DNA of 64,000 nt from an uncultured Thermoplasmata archaeon (lineage in GTDB: Archaea; Thermoplasmatota; Thermoplasmata; UBA10834): assembly GCA_963719945.1 (NCBI GenBank), contig CAVRDX010000003.1, positions 192,001 to 256,000 of the forward strand. Direction: 5' to 3'. Shown here piece by piece: positions 48,578-60,100 of the stretch; the stretch's first letter is position 1, and every line of letters starts with the position of its first letter. A program made the position numbers and the translations under genes. The notes beneath the pieces were generated by a model, which was not told the origin of the DNA, did not search any database, and saw only the letters and a list, made by a program, of their open reading frames with translations.

Positions 48578-51061
48578 GTGGATGGTGAATTGAGACAGGT
48601 CGGGGAAGAATCTGCGGGGACTTCAGCGGATGATTGCAGAATCATGCCTCACCTGCGGTCTATCCTGACCGCGATCTCATCGGAGGGTGACTCGGGAGTT
48701 ATAGTCGAGAAGCTGATTGCTTCTCTGAGATCGTTCCTCGGTATTAAGAGCGCAGTGCTATGGTTCGAAGACCACGAATCATCGGGACCCCACACCAACT
48801 GGAAGATATTCGCGGTGGGAGACGAGTTCGCGGGCATCGATGGCGACCTGTCCGAGAGATACCGGTCCCTTTTTGTCGATTCGAACCTGTTCTGTTCGAA
48901 TGGTTATTTCTCAAGATCCGCGGATATCCAAAAGGGTACCTCCAAGGAGAACGGGACACCCTGTCCGGTTTGGTCACGAGGTGACCTTCTGGGCATCGTC
49001 GTAGAGGGTAGGAAGGGGCGGCCAGTTGTACATATGGTGTCTTGTGGTGAGGATGGCGATCCGTTGCCTTGTCGCGATGATGTGGATGCCGCACAGCTCT
49101 TGCTTCAGATGTTCGGATTGGAGTTGGAGCGCGGGCGGGAACGGCTGTCCATCGTCCGGGATTCCGACAGAATGGTTCGAAGGACCGATATGTTGGAGGA
49201 TATCCTGAACATAGCGTCCTCGGTCGTATCTGAGCGAGACCTTCGGAAGGTATCTGAAATGGTCCTATCCTCGGTCGCATCGCTGTTCGACTTCCAGAGG
49301 GTGACGCTCGTCATCTACGATGAAGGGATTGCCGCCTTCAAGTGGATGGCTCTGTACGGGTATCCTGAGCAGACTGTGAAACAGGCCTTGGCAAGGACGA
49401 TACCGATAGATGTCATCCTCGATGATCTGCGCGAGAGCCGCAAGATCGGGAGGACGACCTTCTTCATACCCATGGAGGATGTGCCGAAACGGAACCTCGA
49501 GTATTTCGTCAATCCTCACGAGTTCGAGGGATCGATCAGACCTCGCGAGGAAGGAGAATTCCGCGATGGTGATTCATTGCCTTTTGCTCTATACGACTCG
49601 ACTGGACGCGTGACGGGTGTGATATATCCCGCTTCCCCGAGAGATGGGCGCATCCCTGACTCCGATACGATCGAGATGATCGAGGTGTTCGCATCGTTGG
49701 CAGAGGTTGCGATCGAGAACGCGAGATTGTCTCATGAGAAAGAAGTCGCCCTGAGACTCAGCAGCCTGAGGACCGAACAGATGTCGAAGATATTCGATAT
49801 CACATCCAACATCCTGTACCTTCGAGACATCGACGAGATGCTGGAAGACATCCTCAAGACACTCGCACACCTGCTGGGCATAAAGAGGATGTTGTTGACG
49901 CTCAGGAGCGAGGACGGACAGCAATTCGACGTGAAGGCGGTCTACGGATTTGATGAGGAACGAGCCGAGTCCATCAAGAAGACAAGCTATCCTAGTGATC
50001 GGATAGAGTCGATCTCCGACATGGATCGGCATAGGAGCCTTGACCCATCCGTCCTATGGTGCAAGAAGGTCGGTCGGATGACTTACTATGTCCCCGCGGA
50101 GAGCGTCCGTCTCGAACCTTGGGAGATGATATACTATCCTGAACCAGATCTTCTCAAGCTTCCGAGGAAGGCCAAGGAATATTGGCACGAGCTGGATTAT
50201 CTCGACACGCTCATATTTGACAGCCAGGGCAAGGTGGTGTCCTATCTCGAGATCCTCAAACCGAGAGACGACCGGATCCCGGATCGGGAGACCATCGAGA
50301 TCATCGAGATATTCGCCAGTCTGGTGGGCATTTCACTGGAGAATGCTCACATGGTCCAGGGCCATATCGTAAGCAGACGGAACGCAGAATTCTATACCGA
50401 CCTGCTGTCGCACGATATCAAGAACTTCAATCAGGCAATATTGGGTTATCTGGACATACTGAAATCGACCATGGCTTCGCCTGATCAGGATGTATATGTC
50501 GACAAGATAGTGGGCCAGGTGATGAACATCAACACGCTGGCAGCCGATGTTCGGACAATGTCCAGGATCACTTGGAGCGGGAGCAAGCTCGTGAAGATCG
50601 ATATCGGGAAGGTGCTCCTCGATTCGGTCCAGAGCGTGGAGCAATATTACCTGAACAGGAAGATCGTCTTCAAGCATGGCATAAGCACTGGCCAGTGCTA
50701 TGTCAAAGCGGATGAGCTGATTCGCGAGTTATTCGTGAACATACTCACGAACGCGGTCAAATATGATTCCAACGAACCCGTCGAGGTAGAGATATCGATG
50801 ACGCCTTCTGAGGGTGATGGGGATTGTCGGATCGTGGTGTCCGTAGCCGATAGGGGAAGAGGCGTCCCGGACGAGCTCAAACAGGAAATCTTTCAGCGGT
50901 TCAGCCGCGCGCCAAAGAAGAAAGGGTCTGGCCTGGGACTTTATCTGGTCAGGACTCTGACATCCAAATACGGTGGGCGTGTCTGGGTGGAGGACAGAGT
51001 CGCGGAGGATCATTCGAAAGGCGCGGTATTCAAAGTCGAGCTCCCCATGTTCAAAGAATGA
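48578..51061 (+). CDS. GAF-domain sensor histidine kinase
   Basis: LSHDIKN H-box, NILTNAVKY, DRGRG, GSGLGL, repeated GAF-like segments. Confidence 0.92.
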   Translation: MDGELRQVGEESAGTSADDCRIMPHLRSILTAISSEGDSGVIVEKLIASLRSFLGIKSAVLWFEDHESSGPHTNWKIFAVGDEFAGIDGDLSERYRSLFVDSNLFCSNGYFSRSADIQKGTSKENGTPCPVWSRGDLLGIVVEGRKGRPVVHMVSCGEDGDPLPCRDDVDAAQLLLQMFGLELERGRERLSIVRDSDRMVRRTDMLEDILNIASSVVSERDLRKVSEMVLSSVASLFDFQRVTLVIYDEGIAAFKWMALYGYPEQTVKQALARTIPIDVILDDLRESRKIGRTTFFIPMEDVPKRNLEYFVNPHEFEGSIRPREEGEFRDGDSLPFALYDSTGRVTGVIYPASPRDGRIPDSDTIEMIEVFASLAEVAIENARLSHEKEVALRLSSLRTEQMSKIFDITSNILYLRDIDEMLEDILKTLAHLLGIKRMLLTLRSEDGQQFDVKAVYGFDEERAESIKKTSYPSDRIESISDMDRHRSLDPSVLWCKKVGRMTYYVPAESVRLEPWEMIYYPEPDLLKLPRKAKEYWHELDYLDTLIFDSQGKVVSYLEILKPRDDRIPDRETIEIIEIFASLVGISLENAHMVQGHIVSRRNAEFYTDLLSHDIKNFNQAILGYLDILKSTMASPDQDVYVDKIVGQVMNINTLAADVRTMSRITWSGSKLVKIDIGKVLLDSVQSVEQYYLNRKIVFKHGISTGQCYVKADELIRELFVNILTNAVKYDSNEPVEVEISMTPSEGDGDCRIVVSVADRGRGVPDELKQEIFQRFSRAPKKKGSGLGLYLVRTLTSKYGGRVWVEDRVAEDHSKGAVFKVELPMFKE

Positions 51062-51065
51062 TCCT

Positions 51066-51992
51066 TCACAGATAGGCCTGTCCATCCATCATGTGCACGA
51101 CAGTGCCACCGACGCTGACACTGTCGATTTCTCCATCCTTGTCTGTGGACACTTCGATCGCGATCTTGCTCGGTCGCCCTATCTCATACCCTTGTTCATT
51201 GATCATCCTGACCGAGTTCTTCACATCCACCAATCTGTTGTGGACTAGATATGCTCCCAGACAGCCGCTCGCGCTGCCGGTTGCGGGGTCCTCGACGATG
51301 TTCTTCGCGCAAAGTGAGAACCCTCTCGAATGCGTCGTGGATGTCTTCTCCACCGGCTCCAGGCATGTCACGTATATGTCCAAGACATCCTTGGGCAATT
51401 TGTCGACGACTCGGGGGAATGCAGAAGCGTTCCCTGATGCCATCTCAACGGCCTTCAGGGTCTTGACAGGTGCGATCAGCCATGGCAGACCTGTGGATAC
51501 CAACTGGATGGGCATTCTCTCCGTGTCAAAATCTGATGTCTTGAGAGTGAGCGCTTTTGCAACACCCTCTACATCTTCGAACGGTTTTCCAAATGCCGGT
51601 TTATTCTGGAATGTGACAACCTTCGATATCTTCCCGGATCTTGAATGAATCTCTACCGGGAGGACACCCGCCTTGACTTCCATCATGGCTCTGGTCACGG
51701 GGGCCTTGGTCTTGATCCTGCCCTCCATCGCCAGGACGAAGAATGTCCCTATGGTCGGATGTCCAGCATAAGGGACCTCCATGTCCGGCGTGAATATCCT
51801 GACTCTGAAATCCGCACCTGACCCCTTGGTAGGCGGCAGAACGAATGTGGTCTCGGAGAGGTTCATCTCTTTCGCGAGAGATTGCATCTCCCTGTCCGTC
51901 AGTCCCTTCCCATCAGGGAACACTGCGAGCGGGTTGCCCCCGAAAGGCTTCTTGGAGAACACATCTACTCTGACGAATCTAGCTTTCTTCAT
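51066..51992 (-). CDS. PhzF family isomerase/epimerase
   Basis: VDVF, GNPLAV, NLSETTF, RIFTP, AGHPT, EDPATGSA. Confidence 0.93.
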   Translation of the reverse strand: MKKARFVRVDVFSKKPFGGNPLAVFPDGKGLTDREMQSLAKEMNLSETTFVLPPTKGSGADFRVRIFTPDMEVPYAGHPTIGTFFVLAMEGRIKTKAPVTRAMMEVKAGVLPVEIHSRSGKISKVVTFQNKPAFGKPFEDVEGVAKALTLKTSDFDTERMPIQLVSTGLPWLIAPVKTLKAVEMASGNASAFPRVVDKLPKDVLDIYVTCLEPVEKTSTTHSRGFSLCAKNIVEDPATGSASGCLGAYLVHNRLVDVKNSVRMINEQGYEIGRPSKIAIEVSTDKDGEIDSVSVGGTVVHMMDGQAYL

Positions 51993-52009
51993 GTGATCAC
52001 ATCCGAAAT

Positions 52010-52657
52010 TCATTTCCTACACTTAATCACATTGCATAGATGCTCGTACGCATGTTGCTTGCCTAGTTCGAATGCTTTGAGGTTGACATCGACCGCTTTC
52101 TTCGGGATGTTCTCCGTGATAGACTCTCGGATGGATTCCTCAGGTACTGGGAATGCTTCGATGGCGCTCAGCGCTCCGAGCATGATGATGTTCTCCGTCA
52201 TCGGGTTGCCGGCATCTCTTCCAAGCGCTAGCGCATCGATGACCGCGATCTTGTCCGTGACCTGGCTGAGACGACCTATTACCTCATCCACTGAGAAATA
52301 TGTGACACTCTTGTCCTTGACATGCATGGCGGTCTCGGCGACGGGATGCTGAATGCGGGAATTCATCAGTACCACCCCTCCTTGCTGCAGATACTCCACA
52401 TACCTCAGCGCCTCGAGAGCTTCCAGAGCGAGCAGCGCATCGGCTCCTCCTATAGGTATGAGCGGGGACCTGATGCTCTCACCTATCCTCATATGCACGT
52501 TGATGGATCCGCTCCTCTGTGAGAGTCCATGCTGTTCTCCTGTCAGTGCGCGTATCCCGGCTTTCGCGCAAGCCGAACCTATGACATTTGACAGAAGCAC
52601 TAGACCCTGCCCCCCAACGCCTGCCATGTAAATACTGAACTCACCCCTCTCCATCAT
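52010..52657 (-). CDS. iorB: Indolepyruvate:ferredoxin oxidoreductase beta subunit
   Basis: AGVGGQG, HGLSQRSGS, SPLI, NIIMLGA. Confidence 0.93.
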   Translation of the reverse strand: MMERGEFSIYMAGVGGQGLVLLSNVIGSACAKAGIRALTGEQHGLSQRSGSINVHMRIGESIRSPLIPIGGADALLALEALEALRYVEYLQQGGVVLMNSRIQHPVAETAMHVKDKSVTYFSVDEVIGRLSQVTDKIAVIDALALGRDAGNPMTENIIMLGALSAIEAFPVPEESIRESITENIPKKAVDVNLKAFELGKQHAYEHLCNVIKCRK

Positions 52658-54537
52658 TCCACCTCCCTCAGATGGATCGATCCAAATGGACAGATCTTCG
52701 CGCATACATCGCACCTGTCACAGAGTTCCTCCGAGATCTCCACCTTTCTGTCATTATCATCGATCGAGATCGCCGGGCAGTGGAAGTTGCGTATGCATGT
52801 GTAGGGCTTCTTGCACACCTCCTTCGCGACCTCGTTTGACCTTATCGCCTCGCCCCTCCTGCGCTTCTGCCTGTCCGAATGAAGCGCGCACGCTCTCCTC
52901 GATATTATGACATTTGGGCCTTTTCGTGAGAGCGCATCTTTCATTGACCCTGTCGCGTTCTTGATGTCATATGGGTCGACTATCGTGATGTCCTCCAGAC
53001 CTAATCCGCCGATGACCTTCTCGAGGACCATGGGTTTTGAGGGTCTTCCACCTGCGCTGACATCAGAGCCCGGGTTAGGCTGCTGTCCGGTCATGGCCGT
53101 GACCTCATTGTCGAGCACGACCAGCGTGAAATCGTCTCCGTGATGCACTGCGTTGATCAATCCAGGGATGCCCGCATGATAGAATGTGGAATCTCCTATG
53201 ATCGCCACCACCTTCTCGTTCACGGCATATTGTATCCCGGAGGCGACCCCCATGCATGCTCCCATGCATAGTAGCGAGTCTCCATAATTGACAGGTTCGA
53301 GGAAGCTCAACGAATAGCAGCCTATGTCCGTTGCGACGACGTGTTTGACCCCTTTCAGTGCCTGCCTCAATGCATGCAACGAGGCCCTATGTGGGCAACC
53401 GGGGCAGAAGGTCGGGTACCTGTTCGGCAGTCCCTTCTTGAGGTCCTTCGCTCTTTCCAGGATGGCTGAGTAATCTACCGGTTTCTCCATGCCAAATGCC
53501 GTGGCAATTCCGTCAACCACGATGTTTGTGTTATATTCGAAAGCCTCGCTGAAGATACCATTCCTCTTCCCGTGGATCGTTATGGTCGGGTTCGCTTCCC
53601 TCGCGATGGATTCTACATGCAGTTCGAGGTATGGGGAGAGTTCCTCGACTATCACCACGGTCTTGAGCTTCTTCAAGAATCCAGCTATTAGCTTCCTTGG
53701 GATCGGGTAGGTGGCCCCAAGCTTGAGGACCGATACCGTGAGCCCCAAAATCCTGCACGCATCGACCGCGTAATTGTATCCCGCTCCGGACGCGATTATT
53801 CCGATATCCGAACCGGTTCCGCTGATCGTGTTCAACGGTGACTCGTTGAACTCCTCCTCAATCTTCCTTGTCCTCTCAAGGAGTGCAAGCTTGAATGTGC
53901 GGGCGGATTCGGCGACGGTGACGAATCTCCCAGGAGGATGGTCCCAAGCGAGCTTGGCATAGGGCTTCCGTTCGACCTTCCCGAAATCCGCCACGCCGCT
54001 CTGATGGCTGACCCTCGTGGTGGTTCTGATGACCACAGGGACCCCGTATTTCTCAGACAGCTCGAAAGCCGATCCAACCATGAGCATGGCTTCCTGCGGA
54101 TCGGATGGCTCGATCATGGGTATGTACGAGCTCATGCCAAAATACCGCCCATCCTGCTCAGATTGCGACGAGTGCGCTGTTGGATCGTCAGCCACGACAA
54201 GTACCAAACCCCCTTTCACGCCAGTATACGATAGCGAATAGAATGCATCTGATGCGACGTTGAGTCCAACGCTCTTCATGCTGGTCATCGACCGCAACCC
54301 TGCCATCGATGCGCCTGCACAAGTCTCGAGGGCGACCTTCTCATTGGCCGAGATCTCCATCCTGTAATCGAATTTCGATGCGACTGATGAGAAAGTGTCA
54401 AGTATTTCTGTCGTGGGCGATCCGGGATATGCAGATACAATCTTGACATCCGCTTCTATGGCCGCTCTGACTATCGCCTCATTGCACAATACGAATACTT
54501 TTCCAGGCTCATCCCTGAGGACATCATTCACACCCAC
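52654..54537 (-). CDS. iorA: Indolepyruvate:ferredoxin oxidoreductase alpha subunit
   Basis: AYPGSPTTE, NEKVALE, GLNVASD, SSQSEQD, CPGCPHR, GDSTF, TAMTGQQ, C-terminal ferredoxin Cys. Confidence 0.95.
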   Translation of the reverse strand: MGVNDVLRDEPGKVFVLCNEAIVRAAIEADVKIVSAYPGSPTTEILDTFSSVASKFDYRMEISANEKVALETCAGASMAGLRSMTSMKSVGLNVASDAFYSLSYTGVKGGLVLVVADDPTAHSSQSEQDGRYFGMSSYIPMIEPSDPQEAMLMVGSAFELSEKYGVPVVIRTTTRVSHQSGVADFGKVERKPYAKLAWDHPPGRFVTVAESARTFKLALLERTRKIEEEFNESPLNTISGTGSDIGIIASGAGYNYAVDACRILGLTVSVLKLGATYPIPRKLIAGFLKKLKTVVIVEELSPYLELHVESIAREANPTITIHGKRNGIFSEAFEYNTNIVVDGIATAFGMEKPVDYSAILERAKDLKKGLPNRYPTFCPGCPHRASLHALRQALKGVKHVVATDIGCYSLSFLEPVNYGDSLLCMGACMGVASGIQYAVNEKVVAIIGDSTFYHAGIPGLINAVHHGDDFTLVVLDNEVTAMTGQQPNPGSDVSAGGRPSKPMVLEKVIGGLGLEDITIVDPYDIKNATGSMKDALSRKGPNVIISRRACALHSDRQKRRRGEAIRSNEVAKEVCKKPYTCIRNFHCPAISIDDNDRKVEISEELCDRCDVCAKICPFGSIHLREVE

Positions 54538-54642
54538 GATCACCACTTCCTCATCTACTGCAATCAGCAAGCACGCTAATTGTGTTTGTGGTATGGTGCG
54601 GAGGGGGAGCTTTCTTTCCCCGAACGTTTCAGGGGCGCCCCA

Positions 54643-55215
54643 TCATTCCTTTGGCTTCACCCGTATGTCCATTACTTCCTGGAGCTTTCTCCGGACGCCG
54701 AGCGGATTGGGCACCGCCTCCCAGACGACTGAACCTTTCTTCCCTTGTGTGCTCTGAGTGCTGAAGTAGATCGTGCCATAGCGGAGTATCCTCTTGCCTA
54801 CAGATTGGGATATGTCCACCTTGGTGATCATGCCGAGCGGGATGTCGTCGTAGCTCTTGTTCAGGATGCCTTTCTGCGTTATGAGCCGTTCATCCGTCAC
54901 GGCGTATATCGTGCTTCCCCATCTGAACCATTTTATGAGGAAATAAAGCAGCGAGAGCACGAAGATCCCCAACGCAGCCCATTCGATGTACTGCCCATAT
55001 TCGCCATCGAGGTATTCCTGTATGTACGGTAACTCCGGATCGTTAGGCAGATACTGCCAGAGGAATACCGTCAGTGCTAATAATCCCATCAAGATCACGA
55101 TGGTCGCCGAGATCATGTATTTCAGAGCGCTAGGCCTGGATTCGAATACGACACGTTCGTCGCTCGATAACAGTCCTCTTGTGATGTGTTTGGCCTTCTT
55201 AGCCATTTTTCCCAA
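54643..55215 (-). CDS. Membrane protein with bacterial PH domain (bPH_2)
   Basis: Two TMs, YAVTDERLITQKGIL, RILRYGTI, VPNP. Confidence 0.85.
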   Translation of the reverse strand: MGKMAKKAKHITRGLLSSDERVVFESRPSALKYMISATIVILMGLLALTVFLWQYLPNDPELPYIQEYLDGEYGQYIEWAALGIFVLSLLYFLIKWFRWGSTIYAVTDERLITQKGILNKSYDDIPLGMITKVDISQSVGKRILRYGTIYFSTQSTQGKKGSVVWEAVPNPLGVRRKLQEVMDIRVKPKE

Positions 55216-55244
55216 CCCTGTGGTGTCATGATGGTCTGAGATAT

Positions 55245-56954
55245 TTAGACTTGACCTGACGGCGCCTCTGATAAGGCAGTCAGCAACGCCTTCGGTTCTG
55301 TGATCTTATCGGAACAGTTATTGCCTCTGCATATGACAACGTATTCTCCAGAATCATGCGTCCGATGATGTGGCATTATCACTATCCGCTGGTCGAATAC
55401 ACTCTTAGTAGCCTTCCACAGCTCCGAATGCTGAGCCTCTTGCCGAGGATTCAGATATACATCGACGTGGATGATGCCACTCCTGACGACATCAATTGCC
55501 GTCAGATACGACGCGCCGAAGATTCCGTGAGCCGTCACATGACGCTGGTCGAATGTTTCGAGCACTTCTCGCGCCTCCTGCAGGAGTCTCTCATCATCGC
55601 TCAGACCGCTGAACATGGCGAGTTCATATGCGTATTTGGAATTGGATATCAGGGATCGGTGCGCTCTCCTCAAGTCGCCTATGACATCATCATCAACGAT
55701 GATGTCAGCGCGTCCCCCATCCACATGCTCGTAGGCTCTATCGATGCTCACTATCACTCTTTTCGCATGTTCAACGAGGTCTTTCTTACCGGAGAACTCA
55801 AGATATGTCCGGATCGACGATAGGTGGGAGACCTGATCATCGAATAGATATAGATCCTGGGACCGGGTGTGTCGGACCAGGTCAGATCCTGGGTCCAATA
55901 GCTCCCTCATGGAGAATTCGAATGCCCTAATGCCCGCAGCGGTCCAATCATCCCTGCCTGTCCTAGACCCCGCATCGATGAGAGCATGGCTCGCATCTGC
56001 ATTCCATCCCGCATAGACTGTCCTGTCTATTGATGGTGGTATGAGCTTTCGACGGTCAGCTTTGCCAGATCTATAGTAGTTCTCCTGGGCGTCTTGACTT
56101 CCGAAGAACCCGCCCGAGTCACCGTCCTGCAGGACCGATATCATGTAGTTCGCAACACCCTGGGCTATTTCGAGGAAGCGTTCATCTCCGAGCACGATGT
56201 GCGCATGGATCAGATTCTTCAGGAACCCGGAATTCGTGTCTAACATCTTTTCATAATGCGGGATCTTCCAGTCCCTAGAGACCGAATATCTGAACAGTCC
56301 GCCGTCAATCTCATCATACAGCCCTTCCGAGATGCCGAACAGGGTATGTCTCATGATGGCTGCAAGTCTTTGGCTATTCACGCGCGCATATCTGTCCGCC
56401 ATCAATTCGATTACGTCTGGATGCGGAAATTTCGGTTCATCTCCGAACCCTCCGTGTTCATGATCGTACGCTATCAATATCTCTTCGAACAATGAGTCAA
56501 GGTCGTCTTTGACCACATCTCCGCTAGATTTCTTGTTCTTGGATGGAAAGTCAAGATGTGGCATTCTCACCTTTGCCAACGCTCGTTCTATCTCTCCATT
56601 CTTCTTGGCGGCCAGAATGGATCCCATGATCCTATGCATGTCCTCGGGTGGAATGTAGGTGGTCCCCCAGATGTTCTCACCCTTGCATGATAGAAACGCG
56701 GTAGTGGGGAACCCCCCTCGATTGTATCTCTCAGATATGTCCGGCCTCATGTCTATATCGACTCTGATGGGGATGAAATTCTCATGCACCATCAGGATGA
56801 TGTCAGGGTCGGAATAGGTGGTTTCGTCCATGACATGGCACCAATGGCACCATGATGCCGTGAGATCCAGTAATATAAGCTTCTCTGATTCCTTGGCCGC
56901 TTGGAAGCTATCCTTTGACCAATCTCTCCAAATTACACTTCTGGGATCTGTCAT
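55245..56954 (-). CDS. YyaL/SSP411-like thioredoxin-domain protein (DUF255)
   Basis: SWCHWCHVMDETTY, GGFPTT, GGFGDEPKFP, PHYEKML. Confidence 0.9.
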   Translation of the reverse strand: MTDPRSVIWRDWSKDSFQAAKESEKLILLDLTASWCHWCHVMDETTYSDPDIILMVHENFIPIRVDIDMRPDISERYNRGGFPTTAFLSCKGENIWGTTYIPPEDMHRIMGSILAAKKNGEIERALAKVRMPHLDFPSKNKKSSGDVVKDDLDSLFEEILIAYDHEHGGFGDEPKFPHPDVIELMADRYARVNSQRLAAIMRHTLFGISEGLYDEIDGGLFRYSVSRDWKIPHYEKMLDTNSGFLKNLIHAHIVLGDERFLEIAQGVANYMISVLQDGDSGGFFGSQDAQENYYRSGKADRRKLIPPSIDRTVYAGWNADASHALIDAGSRTGRDDWTAAGIRAFEFSMRELLDPGSDLVRHTRSQDLYLFDDQVSHLSSIRTYLEFSGKKDLVEHAKRVIVSIDRAYEHVDGGRADIIVDDDVIGDLRRAHRSLISNSKYAYELAMFSGLSDDERLLQEAREVLETFDQRHVTAHGIFGASYLTAIDVVRSGIIHVDVYLNPRQEAQHSELWKATKSVFDQRIVIMPHHRTHDSGEYVVICRGNNCSDKITEPKALLTALSEAPSGQV

Positions 56955-57192
56955 TGCGAAGTCTGTCCCCTGATGAAAGTCGGCTCTGACAATAAGATTG
57001 ACGCCAATTGGAAATCAATGTGCTCCCGAACATGACGCAGTCGTGTTGACCGCTGGCCATATCAGCAACATCATTTGCTGCTGCAAATTCTATTTATATG
57101 GATTAACCACCTACTAATTCGTCGAAATACGCTCTTCCCCCCCGTTGAGCGTGAGAGTGTTAGTGCTATTTGCTGTAAAGGAGATTCTTGAT

Positions 57193-60100
57193 ATGAAGAG
57201 GACAGATAGACTTGTGAGTTTGGGCTTGGCATGGCTATTGTGCGTATCATTTGTTGCAGGACTCGCTGTGATTCCCTCCAGCAGTGAAGCCGCTGAACTT
57301 CCAGATGACGCGACTATTGAGGGTTTGGTCACATCTGACGGGACCACTCCTGTCGAAGACGCCTATGTCAAAGTCATGCTGATGATGGGAGACGGAATAC
57401 AGGTGAACTACAGCTTCACCGACTCCTCGGGATACTATAATATCAACTTGACTGGCGGCTATGACTACGTCGTCTTCGTCGCTCATAAGGATTATTACTT
57501 CGCCATGAGCCAGACGTCGGTTCAATCCGGCGAGACGGTTCAGAGGGATTTCACGCTCGAGGCCATATCACCCACCGACGAGACGTCTGTACTGATCAAG
57601 GGATTCGCCCTGGATGAAGCGGACGATCCAGTGACAGATGGCAATATCTTCGCCTTCTCGAGCGACCCCTCTGGGTCGGATAACATGCCATACTTTGGCA
57701 ACCTGACCACCGCAGACGGCACCGGATACTTTGAAGTTCATGTGATTCCGAGCACGACCGGTGGCGGTGTATTTCTGATGGACCTCGAGGGCAGCAGCGT
57801 CATGATCGGCAACGAGACCACTGATCCACTTGAGGATGGACAGTCGTACTGGATGAACATCACGGTGACCGCCCCAGTGTTCGATGACGATGCTCACCTA
57901 TATGGATATGTCACCGATTCGACCACGAGCTCACCGATTCCAGGTGTGATGATCTCGGTGGACATCTACGATGATATGGCCGATGAAAGTTACTTCAACT
58001 ACACCATTACTGATGCTTCTGGATACTTCGATATCAACGTTTCGAGCGGATCGATGGATATCCAGTTCCAGAAATATGGGTACGCATCCTATATGGGGTG
58101 GGAGACCTTGGTCGAGGCAGGAGATGACCTCGATATGTCTGTCGAGCTCACGCCGACCGTTGCTACCATTCGGGGCAACATCACAGACGCCATCACTACC
58201 GATCCCCTGTCATACAGCAGTGTTATACTCTACGACGGTGCCAATACTGTATCCAGCGCGACGAGCAATGGGACAGGTTACTACGAACTCCGTGCGTTTG
58301 AGGGAGCAGACCTCCAACTCTTCACCGAGGTCCGGGGATACTCCCGAGGATATGAGGTCATCGATGTGAGCTCCGGAGACGAGCTATGGTACGATTTCGA
58401 ACTCTACCCCGTCGATGCTTGGCTGACTGGGAATGTGACTGATATGATCACCGGAGATCCTCTTGAGGACGCATATATCTCCGTGTCGTCCGACAACTAT
58501 GATGAATGGGCCAGCACCAACGCTACCGGGTACTACAACATCTCTCTGGTCTCGGGAACATATAATGTCCGAATCGGAGCAAATGACTACATGGAAAATC
58601 AGAGCACGGTCGAAGTGTTGCCCGATGCAGAGACCATACATGACGTTGAATTGTTGCCATGGAACCTGCCGACAACTGTGCTGTTGCACGGATGGGTGAA
58701 CGACAGTATATCGAATGATGGCATACCCTATGCTGATGTTGTTGTATATCTCGCGGACAGTTACTACAACAACCGTACAATGGCCAACATGACAGGATAC
58801 TATGAGATGTACGTGCCACCAATCCTGTTGTCTCAATATGCCTGGGCGGAAGATTATGGGCCCTACTTCGGATCGATCGATGCTGCTGGCGTCACGGACC
58901 TTGAGCTGAACATCCTCTTGGGCTCAGACACATATGATCCGAACGGAAGCTGCAGTCAGAGTCCCACGGAGAACATAACATGGTTCAACCCAGAATGGTT
59001 GCACTATGAAGTTCAAGAATTCAATCTCCGTTCGATGCAGCTCCTGGTCTTCATGAACCAATCCACATCCGGTACAATGACGAATTACAGCCTTATTAGA
59101 TACTGGGGGATGTCGAATGAGCCGACTAACTACTACTCGAATCTGCCCTATTCTGTCGTTGGCGACCAATATACAGTTGATGTATATTGGAACGCCACCG
59201 CCGATGCGGGTTGGCTCAGCGCGCCCGGGAACGATGATCTGTATATCCCGTTTACCATGTACAACTACTATTCTGATGAGTACTATGGGGTCAGCGGATA
59301 CTACAGCAATTCATCAGTCACCCTGGAGTCAGGCTATGCGATGTTCGATACCCTGACAGGTGAGTATGTCACTTTCGTCTTCAACAACTGGACCGATACA
59401 GGGTTCGATGATATGGATGGCGCCTTCAGCCCCTATGGCACATTCCTTCAGTTGGATTGGGACTTGAGCTACTCTGGCATGGAACAAGGTCCCATACTTG
59501 GAGAATGGTCTGTCGATGGTCTGATGCTCCAATATGACTACATCGTCCCGAGCACCAATTACGTGGCTCTATTCATGGCGAATGACTGGGGCGAAAACGG
59601 CTGGGGGAATCTGTCCGCCATGTCTGTTGACAATGACCCTCCCGTCGCAGATGCCGGTGGGGATATGACGGAAGTCGTGAACACGACCGTCACCATGGAT
59701 GCGACTGACTCTAGTGACAATGTCGGGATCGTCAGCTATGTCTGGGAGTTCGAAGACCCGGTCGGGTCTCCACAGACTCTGACCGGTATATCGGTCGACT
59801 ACGAATTCGATACGATAGGCGATTACACGGTGACTCTGACAGTGACTGATGGCGCAGGCCATGAAGGTGTCGACACCTTCGTGATCACTGTTACGCCCGA
59901 TGCCATACCAGTCGCTAATGCCGGTGTTGATTTCACGGTGGATGAGGACGAACCAGCGATATTCAATGGCACTGGCTCATCCGATGACGTGATGATTATT
60001 GAGAACTACACCTGGACCATCCTGTCCCTCGATATCACGATGTATGGTGTGTCGCCGAATTATACATTCGTCGACCCAGGGGCTTATTCGGTCGAGCTAA

